From: Octopus sinensis
Taxonomy: Eukaryota
DNA length: 64,000 nt
Direction of reading: 5' to 3'
Assembly: GCF_006345805.1 (NCBI RefSeq)
Contig: NC_043007.1
Span: 47,368,001 to 47,432,000, forward strand
The position numbers were made by a program, and so were the translations under genes. Of the stretch, positions 52,552-64,000 are shown in pieces. Under the pieces are notes generated by a model. The model worked only from the letters and a program-made list of their open reading frames with translations, was not told the origin of the DNA and did not search any database. How positions within the stretch are numbered: position 1 is the first letter of the stretch; each line of letters opens with the position of its first letter.

Positions 52552-52766
52552 TAAGGCGGCGTGCTGACAGAATTGTCGTCACACTGGGCAAAGTGCTTAA
52601 TGGAATTTCATCCGACTTTACATTCTGATTTCAAATTCTGCTGAGGTCGACTTTGCCTTTCATTCTTCCAGAGTTGATGAAATAAATACCAGTTGAACAC
52701 GGGCCAATGTAATCAACTGAAACTTCTCACTCGAAATTGTTGGGCTTGCGCCAAAATTTGAAATTG
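52552..52766 (+). mobile_element. tRNA-derived SINE, decayed
   Basis: taaggcggcgtgctgacagaattg..gaggtcgactttgcc..gcgccaaaatttgaaa. Confidence 0.8.
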
Positions 52767-53288
52767 GTGTTAATAATGAAGAATAGTTACCTATATCATT
52801 ATTGCTGATAGCATGTAGTGGATATGTGGATGAACGGACGAACGGACGATCGGACGGATAGACGAAGGGAAGTGAAATTTTCCGACCAACTTTAGGAAGT
52901 TAACTCTATTCAGCAGTACATACCACAAGAAAATTATGTTGAATGCACCAGCAAACAGATATATTTGGTTGTGTGTGTGCTGTGTATTCTTATGTATGTA
53001 CGTGTACGTGCACATATGGATCTTCGTACTCTTTCGGACTCTACCATCACGGATCTCACTGGCTGTTTTCGTCGAAGTAAATCGCTCTAATCTACCACGA
53101 CTTTTGAACTTTCTGAACTTTTAAACTCTTCATCCCGCCATGTTAGACCGCTGAACTCTACACATAATCAATGGAGAACTCCTTACATACTGAATAGCAG
53201 GATGTGTTTCTATGTTGTTATTCAGTATGTAAGGAGCACTCCCTCCATTAAGATGTAAATGAATATATATGTATATATGTCACTTTTT

Positions 53289-53374
53289 CCCTGAAGAGAT
53301 TTTTACTTTTTAAATTCATAATGCAAATTTAGTTGTAAAATATGAATGAAGGTGGGAATTGAAACGTGCGTAGG
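53289..53374 (+). ncRNA. Type I hammerhead motif with long branched stem II
   Basis: cc|CTGAAGA(53291-97)|gatttttac..attcata..tatgaat..gtgggaatt|GAAAC gtgc GTA(53370-72)|gg; stem II relies on several G-U pairs; stem I is only 2 bp. Confidence 0.55.
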
Positions 53375-53519
53375 CGACATGGAGTTGACTATTATATAAA
53401 TAAATTGATTTTTCTGCTTTCATACTCTTCATTTTCTTTATGTTATGTGTATGTGTACTTCTAAATTAATTCTATTGAATTTTAATGGGCACTTTACTTT
53501 GAGATGTTGCCATAAATTT

Positions 53520-54420
53520 GGAAAGACATTCAAATAGTTCAATTATTAATTATATTAATTTTTAATTATTATATTATAAGGTATTTAATAAAATGAGTAA
53601 ATAATTAATTATCGTGATGTAAAGTATCTAAGCTTCCATTAAGCATAACGTAGAATTCTTATCTGTAAGTTTTATTCTTTAGTTATCCAAAATAATCATC
53701 AATAATTGCATATATTATTAATTATAATAATATTTTTATTACCGCACAATAAGGTTAATTCGTATAAATGGGTTTAATTTAATATAATTAATAAATAGAT
53801 ATTTAATTATTTTATGTTATTTTTGTTCTTTAGTTATCCAGCGAAGTCATTAATAATTACATATACTATTAATTATAATATTTTTCAATTATTATATAAT
53901 AACGTTAATTCCTATAAAAGGGTTTTAAATGATAAATAAATAGGAATTTAATTATCTGTATTTTTTCTTTAGTTATCCAGTGACGTCATCAATAATTAAA
54001 CATATTATAAATTATAATAATTTTTCAGTTATTATATATTAAGGTTAACTCCAATAAAAGTGTTTAATATATTAAATATATAAATAATTATTGCGAAGTA
54101 AAGTATCAAAGTTTCTATTAAGTACTACGTAAAATTAATATCTGAAGTTTTTATTCTTTAGTTATCTATAAAGCACAACGTAAAATTCTTGTCTGTAGTT
54201 TTTATTTTTTAGTTATGCAGCGACGTCATCAATAATTGTATCTCAAAATATTCCTTTTTAGAGTCATATTTTTAGGTTATATTTTTCGAGCATTTCGTTT
54301 AGATTATTTTTCTATGTAGATTTCAAATTGTCGAAAAATATAGAATATAAAATTAGTATAATATTTTCTATCTTTTATTTTTATAAAGTATGTAGTTATT
54401 CAATGACGTCGCTAGTGGTT
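53520..54420. repeat. Degenerate AT-rich minisatellite (~140-150 bp units plus shorter sub-repeats)
   Basis: Anchor tctttagttatc at 53676, 53827, 53966 and 54155, variant at ~54206; 66-bp block 53621-53686 repeated at 54099-54166. Confidence 0.8.
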
Positions 54421-54589
54421 GAATGAATGAATGTCAGAAGTCCAATTTGATTTAGGCCTTTCATATTGTTAGCGTTTATTAACAGCTAAAATTTTTTCAG
54501 ATGTTCAGTTAGAATTCCACCAATTTGGATGACCTTGATAGTGTTGTGGTGACATATACTTTCGGAGATAATAATATTCTCTCTATATA

Positions 54590-55804
54590 TCAGGTAATCA
54601 CAGAAGTTCTGTCCAAATTTTGAATAAAAATAACAAGTGATCAAATGTAATATCTAATTGAAATTTAATCATCAATGTACTTTCCCTGATAATCTATGAC
54701 TTCTTTCCATCTATTAACAAGCTTTTTAAACACATCAAAGTAAAACTCCTTTGGTGTCAAAGCGAAGAACTCTGGCTTGCGAAAGTTATGTCCCCCAAGT
54801 GATTCTGTAAACTACCAAACAAATGGTAGTCTGAAGGAACAAGGTCGGGAGACTTCTCTGATGTGACCTTTGCAGTGTGGGGTAGCGCATTGTCTTGATG
54901 TAACATCACTCCTTTTTCATTCACTAAAGCGGGTCTCTTTTTCTTCAGAGCTTGGTTCAAACGTTCTGATTGCTGACAGTAGACTTGAGCATTGATTGTT
55001 GCATTAGGTGGTAACAATTCAAAGTGAATTACTCCTTTGCAATCGCACCAGATAGAGAGAAGATCCTTTTCTCCATGAAGTTGCCTTCTCGGTTGTGGTT
55101 GAGCTATTTCCGTTTTACCAAGCCACTGTTTACGATCTTTAACATTATCGATAGAAGATCCATTTTTCGTCACAAGTCTATCCAAAAAGAGTGAAATGGG
55201 TTCGTGAGAATGCAGAGAAGAGCAGATGTCAACTCGGGATTTGCGGTTGCTTTCCGACAATTCATAAGGCACCTATTTTCCAAGTTTAGGAACCTGTCCA
55301 TGTTGTTGAAGATGACGATAAAGACATGTATGGTTTCAACTAATCTTTATTGCCAATTCTTTAACTGATCGCGCAGGATTTTCTTCAAGTAATGCCTCAA
55401 GGAGCTTATCATGAAACTCAACTGGACGTCCTGTTCGATCTTCATCTTCAAGGCTGAAATCTCCACTTCTGAATTTTGCAAACTATCTTCTGCAAGTTCT
55501 TTCATTCAAGTATTCTTTTCCATAAACTGAGTGTATTTTACGAGTCGCTTCAGCTGCAGAGGTTCCTTTTTTGTACTCATAAATCATTATGCGCCTCAAA
55601 TGCTCTTTGGATACTTCAATGTTAGAAAGGGTTTTAATCAAAGAAATTGTAATTCTATTATTCTGCAAAATGATAGTTAATTAGTTTAAATGTACACAAA
55701 TGCATAAACATAATTTTTAATTCCATTAGACATTCTAAAATACTATTGAATTTCATTCAATTTTAAAAAAGGTCAAATCGGACAGAACTTATGGGATGAC
55801 CTGA
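54590..55804 (-). mobile_element. Near-full-length mariner transposon (1215 bp), decayed
   Basis: TIRs tcaggtaatcacagaagttctgtcc / ggacagaacttatgggatgacctga, TA flanks; ORFs EHLRRIMIYEYKKG and VPYELS..GVIHFELLP..LHQDNALPHTA..SPDLVPSDYHLF (HPPY segment deleted). Confidence 0.93.
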
Positions 55805-56029
55805 TATATATGGCAAATGAAAGACGGCAGATGGAATATAAGAGAATTAAATATTAATCACAACAATTGTTTTAACACATCTAACATCGATTCCTCATGT
55901 GTGGGGCACTCACCAACTGCTTCAGGAGCATCCGGTGGTGCAGATGTTATCTTGTCGGGTGATAAATAAATGCATCTCATTAAAATTACTGTTCCGCAAT
56001 GTAACTTTCCGTTTAGTAAAAAGAAAAGC

Positions 56030-56215
56030 AGCCAGACGGGCTGTGATGTGATCATTTTCAAGTACTGGAGGTGGTTTGTGTTCCCACCAGTTTTTTTTTA
56101 TCATGGGACAAGTTCAGCGAATATATTGTGCAGTTCTATCATGCCTGTTGAGATACTCTGTAGGCGCAAGAAGACTGTACATGGAGACAACATGATCAAT
56201 GGTTTCATTTTGTGT
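56030..56215 (-). mobile_element. R4/Dong zinc-knuckle/RLE fragment, same subfamily as 59435-60190
   Basis: Reverse complement is nearly identical to 59450-59635 (aaaatgaaaccattgatcatgttgtctcc..ctcaacaggcatgataga..tggtgggaacac..gaaaatga). Confidence 0.85.
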
Positions 56216-56224
56216 TAAAACAAT

Positions 56225-56495
56225 TGTCGTGATTAATGGCGAGAGTCACGATACATCCTACGAGAATAGAACGATTATATAAATAGTAGCGGTCTGAATG
56301 AGAAACAGCAGAGAGTAGGGTTAATCGCAGGAAGTTGTAAGGTGTAGTTTTGGAAGTGGTCGGAATATCGTTTGTTGGTTTGCGTGTAGTTCATGTAGAG
56401 TTTGTTAGATCGTTACACTGTTGTTACCCTTCTTCGTTATATAATTTATTGTTTCTACACGGTTATAGTGTAAACAAATATTGTCATAGTGGCGA
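56225..56495 (+). mobile_element. Possible LTR-like segment
   Basis: Starts TGT, has TATATAAA at ~56276 and ends ..attgtcata gtggcga (PBS-like TGGCG); no second LTR or internal ORF seen. Confidence 0.3.
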
Positions 56496-56534
56496 TACTA
56501 CAATAATTGGCTGCGAGTAACTACGTTACATTAG

Positions 56535-56874
<340 letters not shown>

Positions 56875-57426
56875 ATATATATGGTCCGTTAATTAATTTG
56901 AGCGGGCGATCTACTAACGCAAATCATTGACTGAATATATATAAAGCTATAGCTTTATTAAGTTTGTTCATAGTTGCCTCTCTTAGGTACATCTCATTGA
57001 CAAGAGTCAAAAAACTCGAAACATCGATGTCTGACATTCCCGAGAGATGGCGACACTGAACGAACTGAGTATTTTCACATCTTTTTACCATAAAAGAGAT
57101 TATTTCTCCGCGGTAACTGCAATGTATTTGTCTTTAGCATTTGAAATATGTAACAAACATATTTGAACCTAAATATATGACTAAATATGTTTGGGTGTGT
57201 ATGTCTGTGTGTGTGTGTGTGTGTGTGCGTGCTCTGTTTATGCATATTGATTGAATAGATGATAAAAATAAGAGAAATAGATAGAGAGGGGGAGAGACAG
57301 ACGGACGGACGGACAATCAGATAAACAGACACAGATAAACACTGACACACCAGGTGATAGATGTGGGTTAAACATACATTAATAGATAGATAGAAATACG
57401 GAACCTTAACGAAGGGAAGAAAGCAT

Positions 57427-57471
<45 letters not shown>

Positions 57472-58239
57472 TGGGAGCACAAGGTGAATGATAAGAAAAA
57501 TATCATCTTTGAAAATTACTGCAACATTATGATAGTGATGAGACAGATTTCCACTCAAAAGAGAAAAAATATCTACTTTCCCATTAATCAGGCACAGATG
57601 TAAGAACATAATATTTTCTACTTTTGCTGCTTCGTCGTCTCCGTTTTCTTCTTACTGTTATTGTTCTCTTTAGGAATATTTTCCGATAAATATGACGATC
57701 AAAAGAACTTGACCTTGTCTTAAAAAACTACTTAAAAATGGACGAATAAATCGTACAGAAGTTAAATGTCTACAAGTTGGTAATCTTCTTAGATTCCAGG
57801 CAAGAAAATAATCTTGCCATAATTCTTGAATCTGTTGTTTCTCACTAGTCTTTAAAATCTTGCCTTATCTAGTCTTGTATCGTCTAGACTTTAACAATCT
57901 CTCGACATACATTGATACACAGTGAGTAAATATCACGTTCAACGAAATGAAATTCTTAACATCTTATGTTTTTGCATTAAGTGTCATTACAATTGCTAAA
58001 TTTTACAATAGTATGCTAACAACAGAACCGGTAGAATTGCGTTCAAATTGTCTTGCTGCATTTGATTTAGCCACATCCTTTTAAGTACGAAGCTAAAATT
58101 CAGTTGGGGCAGGTTCTACGAATCGTTATTCCTAGGTCAATAAAATAAAGTACAAGAGAACTCCTGGCACTATGTAATCATAGTCTTTGTGTAAGCTATG
58201 GTCTTTAACCTAAATCATAATTGTGTTGCACGGTAGCGG

Positions 58240-59310
58240 CTGGCTGAATTGTTAGGGAAACAGAGAGTTGGAGTGGGAAAGAGGGAGAGGGGGAAGAGAA
58301 GGAGAGCGGGAGAGAGCTAGAGGGTAAGAGAAAGTCATCTTCCTTAATGTTTTACATTCAAATCCCATTAAGATAGATTTGATATTTTATTCTTCACTGT
58401 CAAGTAATTGAATAGATTTATTCGATTACACCACTTCGTGGAAAATGCGTTGTCTTGTGTTTATATTGGCTATAGCTTTCAAGGTTAAGAAGCAGAGTGT
58501 TGCAGAGCAGAATTGGCTTTGAGTCGAATAAAAATCTTTCGTTATTAGTAACATTTCTCTGCATTCTGATTTCGAATTCTATGAAGGTTGAATTTAGCTT
58601 CCATCCTCCTGAGATGAATTTAGATAAATAAAAAATTGATTTTGTTTATTGCATTACCGTCCTTTTCTCCGTTCATGGATTATAACCAAATGAATTAACA
58701 ATATAGTAAAATATTTAGCGTTATAGTTAAATAACTTGTCTGTTTACAGTTTGACCGGCCGTGCCCGGCCGGTCCTGAAAGATTGTAAATGTATGTAGTC
58801 TTTCATGCTAATTAAGATAATCACGACAGTGAATTTTTTTTTTGTGGGGGGATCAAGGGGTGTTTATTTATTCTTTTTTTCTTTAGCAAAATTCATAACG
58901 ATTTCTGATTGATTATGACCATCAATTTTGAAGGAATTTATTTAATCGACTCTGTCGATCCCAGTGCTTGACTAGTATTTTTTATCTACTATAGAAAGTT
59001 CACAGGCAAAGGTGACCTCGGAATGAGTTACATTCAAAACGTTGAGAATCGGAAGAAATGTCACAAGTTATTATTCCGACACGTGAACTATTCTGCCGGC
59101 TCGCTGCCCTTTTGGAGAAATCTAGGCAAAAACAAGTAAATTTGACCAGAGAGGGTTAGTCGATAACATCGACCCTTCTACTAGACTGATACTTTATTGT
59201 ATCAATCACGCAAGGATGAAAGGCAAGATTAATTTCGGGAGAATTTGCAAAGAAGAGTATAAAAAAACGGAAAAAAATATAACAAACTTTTTGTCTGACG
59301 ATCTAACAGG
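58240..59310. mobile_element. Cluster of old SINE copies (two on +, two on -)
   Basis: Recognisable pieces: gcggctggctgaattgttagg, gcagagcagaattgg..ttctgatttcgaattc, gtcgatcccagtgcttgactag, ggatgaaaggcaagattaatttcgg. Confidence 0.55.
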
Positions 59311-59342
59311 TCAAATGACTCACCATACTTTTGGCGAAATTG

Positions 59343-59434
<92 letters not shown>
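59343..59434. repeat. (AAT)n tract, 5' flank of R4/Dong copy
   Basis: Directly visible. Confidence 0.97.
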
Positions 59435-60189
59435 TGTCGTGTATGTCGACAACAAAATGAAACCATTGATCATGTTGTCTCCAAGTGCAGTCTTCTAGCG
59501 CCTACAGAGTACCTCAACAGGCATGATAGAGCTGCACAATATATTCACTGGGTAATTTGCAAAAACCTGGATTTGCCCCATGAAAATAAGTGGTGGGAAC
59601 ACAATCCACCTCCAGTGCTTGAAAATGACCACATCTCACTCCTCTGGAACTTCACCATTCAAACTGACAGAAAGATAGATGCAAATAGGCCAAACATCAT
59701 ATTGAAAGACTTCAGACAAAGAACGTACCTCCTCATTGATATGACTGTCCCAATCGATATAAACGTATCTGTCAAGACCTACCAAAAACTGAGCAAATAT
59801 AAAGATCTTGAAATAGCAATCAGCAAAATGTGGAACCTGAAGACTAAAACAATACCTGTTATCATAGGTGCCCTGAGAATGATAGCGAAAGGGGCTGATT
59901 GCTACCTAACTCAGATACCAGGAAACCCCAAAATGGCAGAAATTCAAAAGATAGTGCTCATGGGAACTGCTCATATCCTACGCAAAATACTCTCTATGTA
60001 ATCTGAAGGTTTAAAACAAACTTTTTTTTTAAATTTATTTATTAGACATTCTCTAGTACAACACCAAAACAAAAACAAATATATGGCACACTAGGCATAA
60101 CAACAACGTGAACTTCCAACCTGTTGTCTCTTGAGGTCTCTGGGTGAGACTTGGAGCCAACTTGTACAAACATAAAGCAAAAGTCAAAC

Positions 60190-60190
<1 letters not shown>
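59435..60190 (+). mobile_element. R4/Dong 5'-truncated copy (zinc knuckle, RLE, 3' UTR), frame open to the stop at 60001
   Basis: CRVCRQQNETIDHVVSKC..RHDRA..DANRPNIILKD..LLIDMTVP..QKLSKYKDLEI..GTAHILRKILSM*; PD motif is PN; (TAA)n at 60193-60247 follows. Confidence 0.92.
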
Positions 60191-60247
<57 letters not shown>

Positions 60248-60249
<2 letters not shown>

Positions 60250-61027
60250 CTAATTCGTATAGACCATTGTATAAGGAGTGAAAGGAGAATGCTTGCCGAG
60301 TATTTGATAGATGATGATGAAGACCAGCTGCAATATACCACGAAAGATATGGATGTAAATGCAGATGAAATGATGGGCAAGCAAGAGTTTAACCAAAGAG
60401 CTGAGAAGAGAAAAGAAGACCTACTTGAAATGAGAATGCATGGACAATTTGAAAGGAATATACAGAACATTAAGGATAATACAGCATCGTGGGCATGGCT
60501 TGAACGAGGTGTTTTGAAGCGTACCACCAAAAGCCTGATCATTGCTGCACAAGACCAGGCTCTCGCTACCAATTCAGTGAAGTGTAACATCTATAAAGCT
60601 TTTGACACCCAGAAATGCAGACTCTGTCTAAAGAGTGTGGCAAATGTGACCCGCTTGTTAAGTGTATGTGAGAGCCTTGCACAAAAAGAATAGAAGCGCC
60701 GCCACGATAAGATGTGTATCTTCATTGGCTCTTATGCTGTAAATACCAATATGAAGTAAAAGAGAATTGGTATGAGCATGTACTAAGTAAGGTTATGCAG
60801 GAGGACGGAAAAGTAACGGTACTCAATGGGCTCAATCCCATTGAAATGCAAGATTTCTTAAGGCAATTGGAAATCCCATGCAAGATGGATGTCTTGAAAA
60901 AAGCAACCTTATTGGGCACAGTGCGCATCTTAAGAAGAGTATTATCTGTCTAAGGTCCTTGTTGTGACGTGACAGATTACTAAATTCTCCGGTGCATTTT
61001 TACCTACACTGTGTTACGAAGGGAAAT
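60248..61027 (+). mobile_element. R4/Dong 5'-truncated copy, another subfamily, RLE core deleted
   Basis: MHGQFER..SWAWLERGVLKRTTKSLIIAAQDQALATN..CRLC..RRHDK and KKATLLGTVRILRRVLSV*; TAA-rich tail from ~61029. Confidence 0.85.
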
Positions 61028-61028
61028 A

Positions 61029-61053
61029 TAATAATAATAATAATAATAATATA

Positions 61054-61129
<76 letters not shown>

Positions 61130-61195
61130 TAATAATAATATATAATAATATAATAGTAATATAATAATAATAATGATAATAGTACTAGTAATAAC

Positions 61196-61233
<38 letters not shown>

Positions 61234-61354
61234 CAAGAAGAAGAAAGAAGAAGAAGAAGAAGAAGAAGAAGAAAAAGAAGAAGAAGAAGAAGAAGAAGAA
61301 GAAGAAGAAGAAGAAGAAGAAGAAGAAGAAGAAGAAGAAGAAGAAGAAGAAGAA
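61029..61354. repeat. Compound (TAA)n-(TGA)n-(AAG)n microsatellite
   Basis: Directly visible. Confidence 0.95.
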
Positions 61355-61559
61355 TCCTACTATTTCACAAGCACAAAGGTGTAACAAATGATGCAATAGA
61401 AAGTTGCTTGAAACTATCAGACGTCGAAAAATAATAGCGGTGATGACGTTGGTGACGAACGTTACCTTACCTCATTTTATGTGAGACATGGGTTTCCGTA
61501 GAAATCTGGTTGTAACAGTGAAAATGAAACTGGACCTTTAATGGAATGCCTCTCGCTCG

Positions 61560-64000
61560 GAAGTGGTTCAGTAGAGATGCAGACTGACCACAATTGTTAT
61601 CCTAATACAGCATCAGCAGATAATAAAGCAAGGAGGAGGAAGTAGAGCAGCGAAGAAAAGAAGATAGTGATGCAGTGCTACTTAGAAAGTGAAACTAAAG
61701 GAAGAGGCTGTAGAGAAAGGATGTTTGCACTTTCGAAAGAGAAGGGTGTGTTTAAAGTGACTGATAGGAGAGGAAAGTGGATAACAGAACTGGAGGTGGA
61801 AGAGATCACAAGAGAACTGGAAAAGAAAGCCCAGGCAGCAGGAAAGACAAACAACAACATAAACTGTACACCTCAAACCAAAGAAGAACCTAAAGAAAAA
61901 ATAATAATAGCGTTACCAATAAGGAAGGAGCAACTGGTACCAGCGACTTAAGTGATTTAAGTGAAGAAGATCAGGAGATTTTAGCTGAGTAAGAATAAGC
62001 TAGTCAATCGTAATGGAGATTTAGTACGGTTAAAGTAAGTTGGGAAGTAGTGAATGAGAAGCAGCCATATCTAAAACTAACTAGTACATTAATGAGTAAA
62101 AGTTTAGGGAAAATGCTAAATTGGAACAGCACATGACCAGATTTAATTCAAGGCTACTCACTAAAAAAATTTAGTGGTTTACATGGGAGGTTAAGGGAAC
62201 AACTTCAGAGTTACCAAAATAGAGGAATAATACCAGATTGGATGGCTAGAGGGAAGACAATATTTCTTTTGAAAGATAAAAGCAAAGGTAATACAACTAG
62301 TAATTATAGACCAATCACTTGTTTATCATTAGTGTGTTAGCTGTTAATAGGAATGCTTTCAGAAAGCATTTACGAGCACCTTGACAACAAGAATTTACTG
62401 CCAGAAGAACAGAAAGGTTGCAGGATAAAGGCGAGAGGAACGCATGGTCTATTATATAAGGACAAACCAGTTCTAAATGAAATAAAAGCTAGAAAGAAAA
62501 GTCTAACAATAGCATGGATAGATTATAGAAAAGATTATGACATGATCCCACACTCATGGATAAGTCAATGTTTGAGTATATTCAGTATAGCAGACAACAT
62601 TAGAGAATTAATCATCTTTAGAATGAAGAAATAGGAAGTAGATCATTATTCAGGTGACAGAGTGTTAGAGGATGTTAATATCAAAAGAGGAATTTTCCAG
62701 GGAGACACGTTGCCTCCTTTAATATTTGTTTTATGTTTGATTCCCCCTCGGTTTAGTATTAAGGAAAGCAAAGGCAGGGTTTGGGTTCAGAAATAGTAAG
62801 GGGAAAATTAACCATTTGCTTTACATGGATTATCCGAAGCTTTTTAGTAAGAATGAAAAAGAGATAGATTCCTTAATACAGATTGTAAGACTCTTCAATA
62901 AAGATTAATTTGGCATAGAAAAATGTGCAATGTTAGTCATGAGAATGAGGAATGTAGTCAACAGCGATGGCGTCCAACTAGCAGATGGCCAGACATTAAA
63001 ATGTTTGAAAGGAGGAGAGTGCTATGAGTATCTAGGCGTATTAGAATCAAAGTACTAACTATAGAAATGAAAGCAAAAATTGAGGAGTACAACACAGAAG
63101 GGTGAGGAAACTGATGAAGTCAAAGCTAAATAGCCTGAATCTAGTGAAGGCTGTAAATACTTGGGCGGTATCGTTACTTAGATACTCAGTAGCTTTTGTA
63201 GATAGGACAAAAACTGAATTAGCAAAACTAGACAGAACTACGAAGGCATTCAGTATGAATGGAGAACTCCACCCGAGAGCAGATGTGGCAAGATTATACT
63301 TACCTAGAAAGGAATGTGGAAGAGGTTTAATATCAGTAGAAGACTGTGTGGAGTTAGCTAGAGTAAATATAGACTCCTACGTAGGAGAAAGTTTGTTAAA
63401 AGTTGCTTGAGTCACAGGAAGACATAAGAAAACAAAAAACACAAACGAAGTTAAAAACCTGAAAACAACAGAAATTATCTGACTGGCAGAAGGCGTTGTA
63501 TGGTAGATTCCCAAAGATAGTTGCAGCAAATAGAAGTAGTGAGACGTGGTTATGGTTGCAGAAAGGACAGTTGAAAAAGGAGAATTTGTTATTAGCAGCA
63601 CGGGATCAAGTATTAAGGACTAATTGGATAAAAGCCAAGATAGACAAAAACAAAGTGGATTCGCAATTTAAGTTATGCAAATCAAAAGAGGAAAGCATTA
63701 CTCATACAGTAAGTGAATGTAGCATGCTGACACAGAAAGAGTACAAGATAAGATATGACAAATTAGATAGAGTAATCAACTGGGTGTTATGTTAACAGCT
63801 AGAATTTGAACATACTGATAAATGGTATGAATATGTACTTAGTAAAGTACTAGAAAGTAAGAAATACAAGATGCTGTGGGACTTCAACATTCAGACTGAC
63901 AGAGTAATAGAAGGTAGAACACCGGATTTAGTAGTAGCAGATAAAGGGAATAGAAAATTCCAGATAATTGACTTTACAAGCTCATATGATGAGAACATCA
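61560..64000 (+). mobile_element. R4/Dong copy, heavily decayed, running off the window end
   Basis: N-terminal SSEEKKIVMQCYLES..RERM; RT pieces NYRPITCL, LPEEQKGCR, AWIDYRKDYDMIPHSWI, GIFQGDTL; AVNTWAVSLLRYS, RLYLPRKECGRGL, AARDQVLRTN, WDFNIQTDRVIEGRTPDLVV. Confidence 0.9.

Noticed and set aside
59216-60001. 261-aa ORF as a domesticated poly-Asn nuclease gene
   Set aside because: It joins SINE sequence, an (AAT)n tract and a truncated R4/Dong RLE whose PD motif is PN; there is no evidence of promoter or splice support.

Overview
AT-rich, microsatellite-dense eukaryotic DNA. The tRNA-derived SINEs and repeat landscape match my recollection of octopus (coleoid cephalopod) genomes; the species call is an inference. 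I could not identify a host protein-coding gene, only a few weak candidate exons, so the window looks intronic or intergenic. It is dominated by mobile-element debris: (1) two head-to-tail clusters of R4/Dong-clade RLE non-LTR retrotransposons sitting in (TAA)n tracts (15.3-22.9 kb on -, 59.4-64 kb on +), one copy nearly full length; (2) two Tx1/L1-clade fragments, one with its RT core replaced by a Penelope fragment; (3) three near-full-length decayed mariner transposons with TIRs and TA target duplications, plus several fragments; (4) Penelope-like element (PLE) pieces with GIY-YIG remnants; (5) many SINEs; (6) a U6 snRNA relic. The main signal the ORF track does not show is a set of about 8 type I hammerhead ribozyme motifs plus about 3 minimal variants, from several unrelated repeat families. 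The clearest case is an ~810-bp non-coding unit at 41176-41985: a 98-bp fold-back, two ~218-bp direct repeats and an intact-looking hammerhead between them, i.e. a retrozyme-like, PLE-dependent element. All folds and alignments were done by eye and need computational and biochemical confirmation.
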